DNA of 64,000 bases from positions 31,622,001-31,686,000 of the forward strand of contig NC_086109.1 in the NCBI RefSeq assembly GCF_963921235.1, written 5' to 3'. Shown here one piece after another: positions 11,914-23,984 of this stretch. Numbering within the stretch: position 1 is the first letter of the stretch; every line of letters starts with the position of its first letter. The position numbers were made by a program, and so were the translations under genes. Origin of the DNA: Mobula hypostoma (taxonomy: Eukaryota). The notes beneath the pieces are model-generated. The model was not told where the DNA came from, ran no database searches, and was given only the letters and a program-made list of their open reading frames with translations.

Positions 11914-13719
11914 AAGAAACACAGAAAACCTACAGCACAATACAGGCCCTTCGGCCCACAAACCTGTGCCGAACTTATCCTTACCTTAGAAATTACCAAG
12001 GGTTACCCATAGCCTTCTATTTTTCTGAGCTCCATGTACCTGTCCAGGAGTCTTTTAAAAGACCCTATCGTATCCGCCTCCACCACCGTCACCAGCAGTC
12101 CATTCTATGCACTCACCACGATCTGCATGAGAAACTTACCCCTGACATCTCCTCTGTATCTGCTTCCAAGCACCTTAAAATGGTGCCCTCTCATGCTAAC
12201 CATTTCAGCCCTGGGAAAAAGCCTCTGACTATCCACACGATCAATACCTGTCATCACCTTATACACCTCTATCAGGTCATCTCTCATCCTCTGTCGCTCC
12301 AAGGAAAAAAGACTGAGTTCACTCAACCTATTCTCATAAGGCATGCTCCCCAATATAGGCTACATCCTTGTAAATCTCCTCTGCACCCTTTTTATGGTTT
12401 CCACATCTTTCCTGTAGTGAGGCGACCAGAACTGAGCACAGTACTCCAAGTGGGGTCTGACCTGGGTCCTATATAGCTGCGACATTATCTCTTGTCTCTT
12501 AAGCTCAATCCCACAATTGATGAAGCCCAATGCACCGTATGCCTTCTTAACCAAAGAGTCAACATGCGCAGCAGCTTTGAATGTCCTATGGACTTGGACC
12601 CCAAGATCCCTCTGATCCTCCACACTGCCAAGAGTCTTATCACTAACACTGTATTCTGCTATCATATTTGACCTACCAAAATTATCCACCTCACACTTAC
12701 CTGGGTTGAATTCCATCTACCACTTCTCAGCCCAGTTTTGCATCCTATCAATGTCCCGCTGTAACCCCTGACAGCCCTCCACACTATCCACAACACCCCC
12801 AACCTTCATGTCATCAGCAAATTTACTAACCCATCCCTCCACTTCCTCATCTAGATCATTTATTAAAATCATGAAAAGTAAGGGTCCCAGATCAGATCCC
12901 TGAGACACACCACTTATTACCGACCTCCATGTATGACCCGTCTACAACCACTCTTTGCCTTCTGTGGGCAAGCCAGTTCTGGATCCCCAAAACAATGACC
13001 CCTTGGATCCCATGCCACCTTACTTTCTCAATAAGTTTTGCATAGGGTACATTGTCAAATGCCTTGCTGAAATCCATATGCACTACATCTACCATTCTAC
13101 CTGCATCAATGAATTTAGTCACATCCTCAAAAATTCAGTCAGGCTCGTAAGGCACAACTTGCTTTCAAAAAACCATGCAGACTATTCCTAATCATATTAT
13201 GCCTCTCCAAATGTTCATAAGTCCTGCCTCTCAGGATCTTCTCCATCAGCTTACCAATCAGTGAAGTAAGACTCACTGGTCTATAATTTCCTGGGCTATC
13301 TCTTCTCACGTTCTTGAATAAGGGAACAACATACACAACCTTCCAATCCTCTGGAATCTCTTCTGTCCCCATTAATGATACAAAGATCATCGCCAGAGGC
13401 TCAGCAATCGCCTCCCTCGCCTCCCACAGTAGCCTGGAGTACATCTCCTCTGGTCCTGGTGACTTATCCAACTTGCTGCTTTCCAAAAGCTCCAGCACAT
13501 CCACTTTCTTAATATCGACATGCTCAAGCTTTTCAGTCTGCTGTAAGTCATCCCTACAATCACCAAGCTCCTTTTCTGTATTGAATACTGAAGCAAAGTA
13601 CTCATTAAGTACCTCTGCTATCTCCTTCGGTTCCATACACACTTTTCCACTTCACACTTGATTGGTCCTATTCTCTCATGTCTTACCTCTTGCTCTTCAC
13701 ATAGTTGTAGAATGCCTTG
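11914..13719 (-). mobile_element. 5'-truncated CR1 LINE (RT region, frameshifted)
   Basis: 'KSPGPEEMY..PLFK..GNYRPVSLTS', 'DFSKAFD', 'SKFADD', 'RPHLEYCAQFWSP'; TTTCT-type tail at about 11914-11930. Confidence 0.93.
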
Positions 13720-14994
13720 AAATTACTTGTGGTATTTCATTTCTTCTTAAAATGGCATGGTTTTAGTTTAAACGGCTGTAACATAACTGCTCAAAAGATA
13801 ATGTGCTAGGAAGAAAGTCTAACCTGACAAGAGATTCCTGAGTTCTTCTGCATATATGCATAAAATTGAAGAAATTCCATGACTATGCATGTGTACTTAG
13901 CGTTTTGGCCACTCAAACCTTAGATGCATCTTGAAGCCGAAAGGGGCCCAGATCCATCCAAAAGCAAAGATTTTCAAGGATTCTCGCAAATGTATCTCTG
14001 TTTCTTTGGTCTCACATCAATCACTCTTCCGATTCTATCCAACCACAAAAATATACTCACACACAAAAATCACAGCTGTCATGTCCCTATTCATGCCCGA
14101 TGTCTACTCCATTACATCCCATATCCATTTCGTTTCTTTTGCCATTTATTGCAAAGTTCAAAGAAAACTTATTATCAAAATACATATATGTTACCATCTA
14201 CAACCCTGAGATTTATTTTCTTTTAGGCATAACCAATAAACCCATCATAGAATATTAACCATAGTAAAATCAATGAAAGATCACACTAATTTGGGCATTC
14301 AATCGATATGCAATTAACTTCCACTTCAGCTGTCAAGAGAAAGATGATACTAAGATTAGTATGTCAGTGATCTGGTCCAGTGCTTTGAATCATTTTTTTG
14401 AAAAAGGATAGCCATTCCCCATTGAGTTTTAAAACCTGGCTGACAGTCTTGCAAGAGGTGTGAAGTTAAGTAGAGAATGCCCCTGCCTGTGTTGTGTTCT
14501 GAGCAATGATTATTCTGTGATGACCTGCGCAACTCTCCTTTACTTTAACCAAACTCGTGTGCAAGTCACATCTATGAAACCTGCTGCTGTGGATCTAAAC
14601 GGTTTTAGCAATTTGATTGGCATCCTCACCCAAGCAACTCTCAGACCCCACTGAGAATTCCATTATATAGTGAGGGCCACTAATTTCTCTGCAATCAGTG
14701 ATATCTGCATATCTTCTCTGGAATCTTATGAACAACTAGACCACTTTTTTAGTACCAACTAGACTCTATTCATCAACATTACAAATCGCTACCCTTTTGG
14801 ATTGCAGGAACATTTGATTTGAAATATTTCTTTTCTAGATCAACTTCTCTGGGAACCTTTGCTCTAGGGTATTTGGCTATTCAAGTTAATATGTAAGATC
14901 CTTGTAGCCCCATGTGATATGGCTCACTCTGACTAAGAGGGCACCCTTTGCATTCTCACCTAGCCTACCAGTGTAAGTCTGTAATGGACTTGAA

Positions 14995-15270
14995 ATTAGA
15001 ATTAGAATTAGAATTGATTTATTATTGTCACAAGTAGCGAGATACAGTGAAAAGCATGCGTTGCACATTGTTCCCACTGATCAGATCATTATGCAATGCA
15101 TTGAGGTAGAGCAATGTAAAGCAATGACAATGCTGAATAACATCCCACAGTTACAGAGAGAGTGCAGTGCAGGTAAACAATAAGGTGCAAGATCTTAATG
15201 AGGTAGAACGTGAGGTCAAGAGTAATTTATCGTACTATTGATCTAGTTAATAGTCTTGTAACAGCAGCAT
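14995..15270 (-). mobile_element. Rex1-like 3' UTR and tail fragment
   Basis: Minus strand 'gacaataataaatc' followed by (AATTCT)n tail at about 14995-15016. Confidence 0.5.
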
Positions 15271-15444
15271 GTGCTTCTCTTCACGGAAATCAATGATATT
15301 CTAAATTGCAGAGTATTTGCTGCACAAATTCTAGGCTGACGTAAGATTGGCAGTACCACTCATAACAATAAAACAGCAGTCAGAACCATCACTATAGTAA
15401 TGATCTACACTGATGTGTTGTTTTCCATATGAACTGTGTTGTCT

Positions 15445-15745
15445 ATTGCTGAAATGCTGGCATTCTTGCCTCAAGGCACCGGATTCAAATCCTTCACCAG
15501 AGTTCAAAGATCTTGTGTGATGCTGCAGTGCAGTGTGGAGGCAAAACTGCACTGCTTTTAGATGAGATGTTAAGCCATGTCCTCGGCTCCTCCCTCAGCT
15601 GGATGCAAAACAATACATGCAATGAACAAAGAAACTGTCAACCAATATTTATATCTCAACCAACACCACTAAAACTTAACTAGTCATTGGCACATATTTG
15701 TTTACAAAAGTGTGTTTGGCACAATTATCCTTTGGTTTCCTACAG
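15445..15745 (+). mobile_element. DeuSINE (SacSINE1-like), degenerate
   Basis: B-box-like 'ggattcaaatcc', then Deu-domain-like 'cttttagatgagatgttaagcc...ctcagctggatgcaaaa...ccaatatttatatctcaaccaacaccactaaaac'; recognised from memory of the family, not from a search. Confidence 0.6.
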
Positions 15746-16175
15746 GTTGAGTTGAGTTGTGAAGTTGGTACAGATATATACATACATTGTAAAATATTAT
15801 TATTTAAAGTTTTCTTTAAATAAAAATGTGTAAATGCAGGATTTTTGCATTGGTCATTATACAGTAATATTCATATGTTCAGTTGCAGTATGATCATGAG
15901 TCAAGTTTGATGTTCTCCCAAGGGGTTATTCCTTTAACGCAGAACATCCTTGCATGGACAGCCACCACTCAGTCCTTGGCAGATCAAGGTCGGGATGCAG
16001 TTGCATACAAGATGACTGGGGATGTTTCACTGCTGCAGACCTCCTCTCTCTGCATTGCCATTGTGATGTGTCACAATCTTCCAACAGCTCCACCACTGAG
16101 GGCTTGGTTGGATTGCTCTTTGCCTGTAGACTCCCTCTTGACCTTACTGTCATGGTAGACCATATCAGAAGGTAA

Positions 16176-16774
16176 TGTCACAACCAGGGGTGGATTTTAA
16201 AAAGAGTTCGTTTTTGTCGTATTCCAACTGTATTGTCTCTTTTTCTCAGTGTCACGTTGAGTATATGCTTTGTCTTTGGATTGTTTAACCATTTACGTCT
16301 AATTGTTTGTCTTCTCACTACCTCTGGTTTTTCGCAATGTTTTCCAGTTTTCAAGTTTGGGAACAAGGGCATTGTTAAACTTTGTTTTTATCACTTGCAC
16401 TCAATTTAGGATAATTTAGTTAGCAAAGTAATGACAATATCCAAAATCACTATGTGCTCCAGGGTGTATTTCAGGGAGCGTTCCAACTCCTCTTTGTTGG
16501 ATCGTTGTGGTTCCTTGCCGGGTGAAACTCAGACTAAATTCTTCATTGCATCACAAGCAATTTTAGTTCGTCAAGATTTTGTATGGTTTGCCTGAGCTCT
16601 TGTTAGAGTTTCTAGTTATTTTTTGTAATAAATCTTTAGTTTTGCTTGAACCACAAAATTCTCTGTGATTCCTGAACTTGCGTTTGTTTAGTGATCCTCA
16701 CAGCTAAGTTCGTGCTTGGTGTCCTAGGAACTCACAAGCATCTCCATGCCAGTAAATCCTACAGCAGGATAACA
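16176..16774 (+). mobile_element. Solo-LTR-like segment without TSD
   Basis: TGTCAC...ATAACA termini, internal AATAAA at about 16627, 599 bp; flanks GGTAA/TTTTG do not match. Confidence 0.35.
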
Positions 16775-16779
16775 TTTTG

Positions 16780-19700
16780 CAAAGTTTTTCAGAAAAGGTA
16801 CCCACAATGTTTGAAAGTCTTGATTAAAAATGAGACAATTTTTCCTTAGTCATATGGGCCCTATGGACCACTTTAAATTGAAAGAGAGAATGACGGGCAC
16901 ATAGCGAGAAGTGTTGACCAATTTAAAAATTTGATTCCAAGTTTCCTCAGAAATTGAAGTCTGTAAATCTTGCTCCCAAAGATTTTTAATTTTATCTAAA
17001 GGAACACTTCTCATTCTCAACAGCATATTATATATATTAGATATAGGTCCATTATAAAAAGGTTACAAATTAAAGATTACATCTGGTAAATTCTTCTCAA
17101 GACTTCTAGGAAATGTACTTTTTGAGTATAGTATAGTATAACATAGCAAAGACGAGTGGGTAGCCGGAGGATTAGGAAACTTTTAAAGGGCAACAGAAGA
17201 TAACTAAAAAGGCAATACGCGGAGAAAAAAATGAGGTACGAGGGTAAACTAGCCAAGAATATAAAGGAGGATAGTAAAAGCTTCTTTAGGTACTTGAAAG
17301 GAAAAAAAAGTTAAGAGCAAAATTGGGCCCTTGAAGACAGAAACGGGTGAATTTATTATGGTGAACAAGGAAATGGCAGTCGAGTTGAACAGGTACTTCG
17401 GATCTGTCTTCACTAGGGAAGACGCAAACAATCTCCCAGATATAATAGTGGGCAAAGGACCTAGGGTAGTGGATGAACTGAAGGAAATTTATATTAGGCA
17501 GGAAATGGTGTTGGATAGACTTTTGGGTCTGAAGGCTGATAAGTCCCCGGGACCTGATGGTCTGCATCCCAGGGTTCTTAAGGAGGTGGCTTTAGAAATC
17601 GTGGACGCATTGGTAATTATTTTCCAATGTTCTATAGATTCAGGATCAGCTCCTGTGGATTGGAGGGTGGCTAATGTTGTCCCTCTCTTCAAAAGGGGAG
17701 GAAGAGAGAAAACAGGGAATTATAGACCAGTTAGCCTGACGTCGGTGGTGGGAAAGATGCTGGAGTCAATTATAAAAAGATGAAATTACGACACATCTGG
17801 ATAGCAGTAACAGGATTGGTCTGAGTCAGCATGGATTTACGAAGGGGAAAACGTGCTTGACTAATCTTCTGGAATTTTTTGAGGATGTACCTATGAAAAT
17901 GGACAAGGGAGAGCCAGTGGATATATTGTACCTGGACTTTCAGAAAGCCTTTGATAATGTCCCACATAGGAGATTAGTGGGCAAAATTAGGGCACATGTT
18001 ATTGGGGGCAGAGTACTGACATGGATTGAAAATTGGCTGGCTGACAGAAAACAAAGAGTAGCGATTAATGGGTCCCTTTCAGAATGGCAGGCGGTGACCA
18101 GTGGAGTATCGTAGGGTTCAGTGCTGGGACCGCAGCTGTTTACAATATACATTAGTGGTTTAGATGAGGGAATTAAAAGTAACATTAGCAAATTTACCGA
18201 TGACACAAAGCTGGGTGGCAGTGTGAAATGTGAGGAAGATGGTATAAGAATGCAGGATGACTCAGACAGGTTGGGTGAGTGGGCAGATGTATGGCAGATG
18301 CAGTTTAATGTGGATAAATGTGAGGTTATCCACTTTGGTGGTAAGAACAGGAAGGCAGATTATTATCTAAATGGAGCCAAGTTAGGAAAAGGGGAAGTAC
18401 AACAAGATCTAGGTGTTCTTGTACACCAGTCACTGAAAGCAAGCAAGCAAGTACAGCAGGCTGTGAAGAAAGCTAATGGCATGCTGGCCTTCATAACAAG
18501 GGGAATTGAGTATAAGAGCAAAGAGGTCCTTCTGCAGCTGTACAGGGACCTGGTGAGACCACACCTGGAGTACTGTGTGCAGTTTTGGTCTCCAAATTTG
18601 AGGAAGGACATTTTTGCTACTGAGGGAGTGCAGCGTAGGTTCACAAAGTTAATTCCCGGGATGGCAGGACTGTCATATGTTGAAAGATTGGAGCAACTGG
18701 GCTTGTATACTCTGGAATTTAGAAGGCTGAGAGGGGATCTTATGAAACGTATAAGATTATTAAGGGATTGGACACGCTGGAGGCAGGAAGCATGTTCCCG
18801 CTGATGGGTGAGTCCGGAACCAGAGGCTATAGTTTAAGAATAAGGGGTAGGCCAGTTGAGAAAAAGCTTTTTCACCCAGGGAGTGGTGGATATATGGAAT
18901 GCTCTGCCTCAGAAGGCTGTGGAGGCCAAGTCTCTGGATGCTTTCAAGAAAGAGATGGATAGAGCTCTTAAAGATAGCAGAATCAAAGGTTATGGGGATA
19001 AGGCAGGAACTGGATACTGATTGTGGATGATCAGCCATGATCACAGTGAATGACGGTGATGGCTTGAAGGGCCGAATGGCCTACTCCTGCACCTATTGTC
19101 TATTGTCTATTGTCTATTGAGACTGTAAAAAATCTCTTATTTGTAGATATCGAAAATAATGCATTTTGGGTAAACTATATTTAGTTGACAATTGTTCAAA
19201 TGAAAAAAGACTTCCCTCTACAAACAAGTCCTGAAAGCATTTACTACTTAACCTATCCCATTCTTAAAAAGCCACATCAATCGTAGAGGGTTTAAAAAAA
19301 AATTAGAAAAAATAGGACTCGAAAGAGAAAATCTCAGTAAGTCAAAATATTTTTGGAATTGTATCCATATCCTCATTGTGCGTTTAACTACCATAGTATC
19401 AGTTAACTTACTCAAAGACAAAGGAAGTGAGGATCCAAGAAGAGAAATAACAGAGAATTTATTAACAGAATTAGTTTCTAAAAAAACCCATATCAGGCAA
19501 TCCTCATGATTGATATAATATAACCAAAATGTAAGTTTTCTTAAATTAACTGCCCAATAATAAAATCTAAAGTTTGGTAAGGCTCATCCTCCATTCTTTT
19601 TATCTTTCTGAAGATGAATTTTATTTAATCTAGAATGCTTTTTCTTCCATATATAAGAAGATATAATAGAGTCAAGAGAATCAAAAAAGGATTTAGAAAT

Positions 19701-22191
19701 GAAAACAGGCAATGCCTGAAAAAGATATATAAATTTAGGTAATATATTCATTTTGATAAAGTTAATTTGACCAATTAACGATAATGAAAGAGGTGACCAA
19801 TTTGATAGTATTCTTTTTATATGATTCAATAGAGTAAGAAAATGTTCTTTAAATAGACACTTATATTTTGTAGTGATTGTTACACCTAAATAGATAAATT
19901 AGTTTCTTACAATTTTAAAAGAAAAGTTAGAATTTATTGGTATCAAATTGTTCAAAGGGAAAAGTTCACTTTTATGTAGGCTTAATTTATAACCCGAAAA
20001 CTGGCTAAATCAGGAGAGTAAAGAAAGCACATGGGGTCATGAAGTTTCAACATTAGAAATAAATAGCAGCAAATCATCAACATACAATGAGACTTCATGA
20101 ATAGTGTCTCTCCTTAAAGTACCGGTGATATCATTAGATTCTCGTAAAGCAATGGCTAAAGGTTCTCAGGCCAGATCAAAAAGCAAAGGGCTCAACGGAC
20201 AACCTTGTCTAGTGCCACGTTGAAGCTTAAATGGTTTGGAGTTATGCAAACTAGTGATAACCCTAGCAGAAGGGGTTAAATAAAGTAATTTAATTCATTG
20301 AACGAAAACAGGTCCAAAATTAAATTTTTCTAAAGTTTTAAACAAATAATTCCATTCAACTCTTCGAAAGCCTACTCAGCACCTAGGGATACCACACATT
20401 CCAATACTATGTTAGAAGGAGAATAAATAACATTTAATAACCGGCGAATATTAAAGTGAGAATATCAATTTTTGATAAAACCGGTTTGGTTATCAGAAAT
20501 GACAGATGGTAAAATATTTTCAATTCTATGGGCCAAAGCTTTAGATAAGATCTTAGCATCAACATTAAGTAAAGAAATTGGCCTATAAGAAGAACATTCA
20601 ATTGCATCCTTCTTTTTATAAGAATGAGCAAAATGGAAGCCTCAAAAAGATTCAGGAAGTCTGCCCGACTTAAATAAATCTGAAAAAACTGAACATAAAT
20701 GAGGTATAAGCAGTAAAGAAAAGGTCTTGTAAAATTCTCCAGAAAAAACATCCTGACCTGGAGGTTTCCTCACATATAATGAGCACACAAACTCAACAAT
20801 TTCCTCAAAATAAATAGGTTGTTCCAACAATTTTCTGTTGTCCGCAGAAATTGTAGGAATATTTAGTTGATCTAATACATTGTTCATTACAGTATCATCC
20901 TTAGAAGATTCAGAACTATAAAGCTTAGAGTAAAATTCTCTGAAAGTATCATTTATTTCTAAATAATCAGTTATCTTATCACTATTAGCATATTTCTTTA
21001 ATCTGCTGTTTAGCTCTAAAGGTTTTAATTTGATCAGCCAATATCTCCATGAATATAAAATAGACTTTTTATAAAATTGTTTTATCTCCATGAATATAAA
21101 ATTAATTTTTATCTTTTAGGAGTTGAATTTCAATTGGATAAGTTAAAAGAAGATCATATTTAGTTTTAATTTCAACACGTCTTTTATATAACGCAGGTTC
21201 TGGAGCCAAGGCATACTCTTGGTCTAACTGTTTCAGCTGATTAGCTGAATCACTTCTCTCTTTATTAGCTTTCCTCTTAATACTTGCAGTATAAGAAATA
21301 ATTTGTCCTCTAATATACACCTTAAAGGCATCCCATCTGATAAGACTAGAAGTCTCCTCTGACATATTCTCTTCAAAAAAAAGTAATTTGTCTCTTCATA
21401 AACTTTAAAAAATCTTTATCAGATAACAAAGTTCGATTAAATCGCCAAAATCTATTTGTTTGAAGAAGACCAGGAAGATTTACAGATAGAAACACAGGAG
21501 CATGATCTGAAACAGCAATCTCTTTATATTCACAGGATAGAACTAATGGAATCATTCGGCTATCAATAAAAAAATAATCAATTCTAGAATATGTATGATG
21601 AATATGAGAAAATAATGAATATTCCTTATCTACTGGATGAAAAAAATGCCAGGCATCAACAATGCCACATTTCATTAAAAAAAGATTCAATAAACACAGC
21701 TGATTTATTTGGTATCATTGGTTTAAAAGATGAACAATCTGAAACTGGATCTAAGCAACAATAAAGGTCTCCACCCATCACCAATGAGTACAGACTTAGA
21801 TCTGGCAAAATTTTAAAAAAACGCTCAAAGAAACCTGGGACGTCTATATTCAGAGCATATACATTGGCAAATACCATTAATTTGTTATTTAGTTTCCCTG
21901 ATACTATAACAAAATGCCCATTAGTGTCAAAAATTACCCTATGTTGAACAAAGGAAATGTTATTATCTATGAGGATCGAAACCTCTCTTGCTTTAGCCTG
22001 AAACAAAGAATGAAAATGAGACTCTCTCCATCGATAAAAAAGCGTGAATTGTCACACTTACGTACATGTGTTTCTTGAAGAAAAACAATGGGTACCTTAA
22101 GTTTTTTAATATAGGCAAAAATCTTATTTCTTTTCATGAGGTGATTTATTCCTTTTACATTAAAACTGAGTAAATTAATACTTCGATCCAT
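16780..22191 (-). pseudogene. L1 ORF2p (APE endonuclease plus RT), disrupted
   Basis: 'MDRSINLLSFNVKG..FLQETH', 'GGDL', 'YSRIDYFF', 'SDHAPV', 'WDAFK', 'KMNILPKFIYLFQALP'. Confidence 0.9.
17127..19116 (+). mobile_element. 5'-truncated CR1 LINE inserted into L1 ORF2
   Basis: 'KSPGPDGLHPRVLKE', 'DFQKAFD', 'SKFTDD', 'RPHLEYCVQFWSP'; (TATTGTC)n tail; TSD TTGAG at 17122-17126 / 19117-19121; L1 sequence rejoins across it. Confidence 0.95.
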
Positions 22192-22583
22192 TTTAAGGCT
22201 CTTTATAAGAAAGATTAAAATAGCAATCAGAAAAATGTATATCAAACCCAAATAATAAACCTTGAAATATATTAACTAAGCAACAGAATAGTCTAGATTC
22301 CCAAATCAGCTTCAAGAAAAAAGACTCCCCATCCTTCCTCCCCCTCCCAAAGAGAGAAACTCGGTCATAGAGCAACCGATATCTACTTCCCCTAAATGCA
22401 TTCCCTTAGAAAGCCTGTTGGAACTGCTCCAAGCATTCAAGGTTATTTACTATTCCAACCAAGACTAAATAAAATACAGTGAGAAACAAACCTAGACGGG
22501 TTTATCAAACAGAAATGACAATTATTCATACTAAAAAATATTAAACTGTCATTTTTAATATGTAGTATTTGTTTTTGCAAGAT

Positions 22584-23363
22584 TCATTCATTTTTTCTAA
22601 AGTCTAAAATTTCTTGCACCTGTTCCTTCGTATAAAACCATTTAAATGATCCATCTTCCAATGTCATCCTCAGTCGAGCCAGAGAATGAAGAGAGAACTT
22701 AAAATTTTGACCGTATAACTCCGTCATAACTTTTTTCAACTTAGTACATTCTGCCATAACTTCTGATGAAAAATCTTGAACAATACACATTTTCTGATCT
22801 TGGTGGTCAATCATACCTTTTCCATGGGCAGTTCAAATCAGACGATCCTTTATTTGAAATTCATGGAAGCATATAATGACTGATCTTGGTTTAGATTTTG
22901 AAGCCAATCCATAGATAGGTGACCTGTGAGCACGATCAATCAAAGGCAGAGTCTTTATAATATCAGGGAATAGTTCCATCAAAAGATTTGCAAAGAATTC
23001 TTTAGGATTATCGCCTTCCATTTGTTCTTTAAGTCCCAAGATTCGTAAGTTGTTCCTCCTACTTCTGCTTTCCAAATCAATAATCTTCTGTCTCATCATT
23101 TCATTGGTCTTAAATTGTTTTTCATACGGCTTTTGCATATCATCCATTCTCCCATCCAGTAAAGTAATAACATCTTCATGTTCCTTTATCTTCTTATCAT
23201 GTTCGGTTGGAATTGCTTGAATATCTTCTAGTTTTGTACCTATTTGTTTAATTTCAGTGTTGATTTCTTTTCTAAAATGTTGAAACTCCTCAGTAAGCTT
23301 TTGAATTGAACTCGTAATAGCTTCCAAAGCTGCCTTAGTAGTCATATTAAAATAATATCCCAT
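22584..23363 (-). pseudogene. L1 ORF1p (coiled coil plus RRM plus CTD), frameshifted
   Basis: Heptad-rich N-terminus, 'LESRSRRNNLRILGLKE', 'IDRAHRS', 'KPRSVII', 'IVQDFS'. Confidence 0.88.
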
Positions 23364-23439
23364 CTAGCAATAGTATTTCAAAAGGCTGAAGAGAAAAGTA
23401 AGTAAATTAGGAGCAGCAGTAGAGAGCTGTTACTCCATC

Positions 23440-23960
23440 AGTGGCCAACAGGCAGTCTCTCCAGATTTTCAATCCCATTCCTGCATGCTGCTTCATTGCT
23501 ACCTTTGACTTGACCTATGACGGTGGTGTTGCCAGCAAACTTGAATATGGCATGGGAGCTGTGCTTAGCCACACAGTCATAAGTGTAAAGCAAGTAGAAC
23601 AGAGGGCTAAGTTCACAGCCTTATTGTTGCACCAGTGCTAATGGAGATTGTGCTGGAGATGTTGTTACCAATCTGAACTGACTGGAGTCTGCAAGAATGT
23701 ATAGAGGCCAAGGTGTTGAAGCTTATTGATTAGTTATGAGGGGATGATGGGACAGAATGATGAGTTGTAATCGACAGCACCTTTGCTGTCCAGATATTCC
23801 AGGGTTGAGTAAAGAGCCAATGGGATGGCATTTGAATCAGAATCAGAATTACATTTAATATCACCAGCATATGTCGTGAAATTTCTTGACTTTGCACCAG
23901 CAGCAGCACAATGCAATACAATAATAAAGAAAAAACAATGGATTACATTAAGTATATATA
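23440..23960 (-). mobile_element. Rex1/Babar fragments (RT piece plus a separate ATTCTG-tailed 3' end)
   Basis: Decayed Rex1 RT-like sequence; (GAATCA)n at about 23834-23850. Confidence 0.55.
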
Positions 23961-23984
23961 GTACAATAAGTATGTTTTTATTCC

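Larger units (their letters stand above)
16775..23430 (-). mobile_element. Near full-length decayed L1-clade LINE, interrupted by CR1 at 17127-19116
   Basis: ORF1 plus about 390-nt spacer plus APE-RT ORF2 in many frameshifted pieces; C-terminus 'WEQDL..WNQIFK..FKVVHRAHMTK..W.PF' at 16780-17126. Confidence 0.92.
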
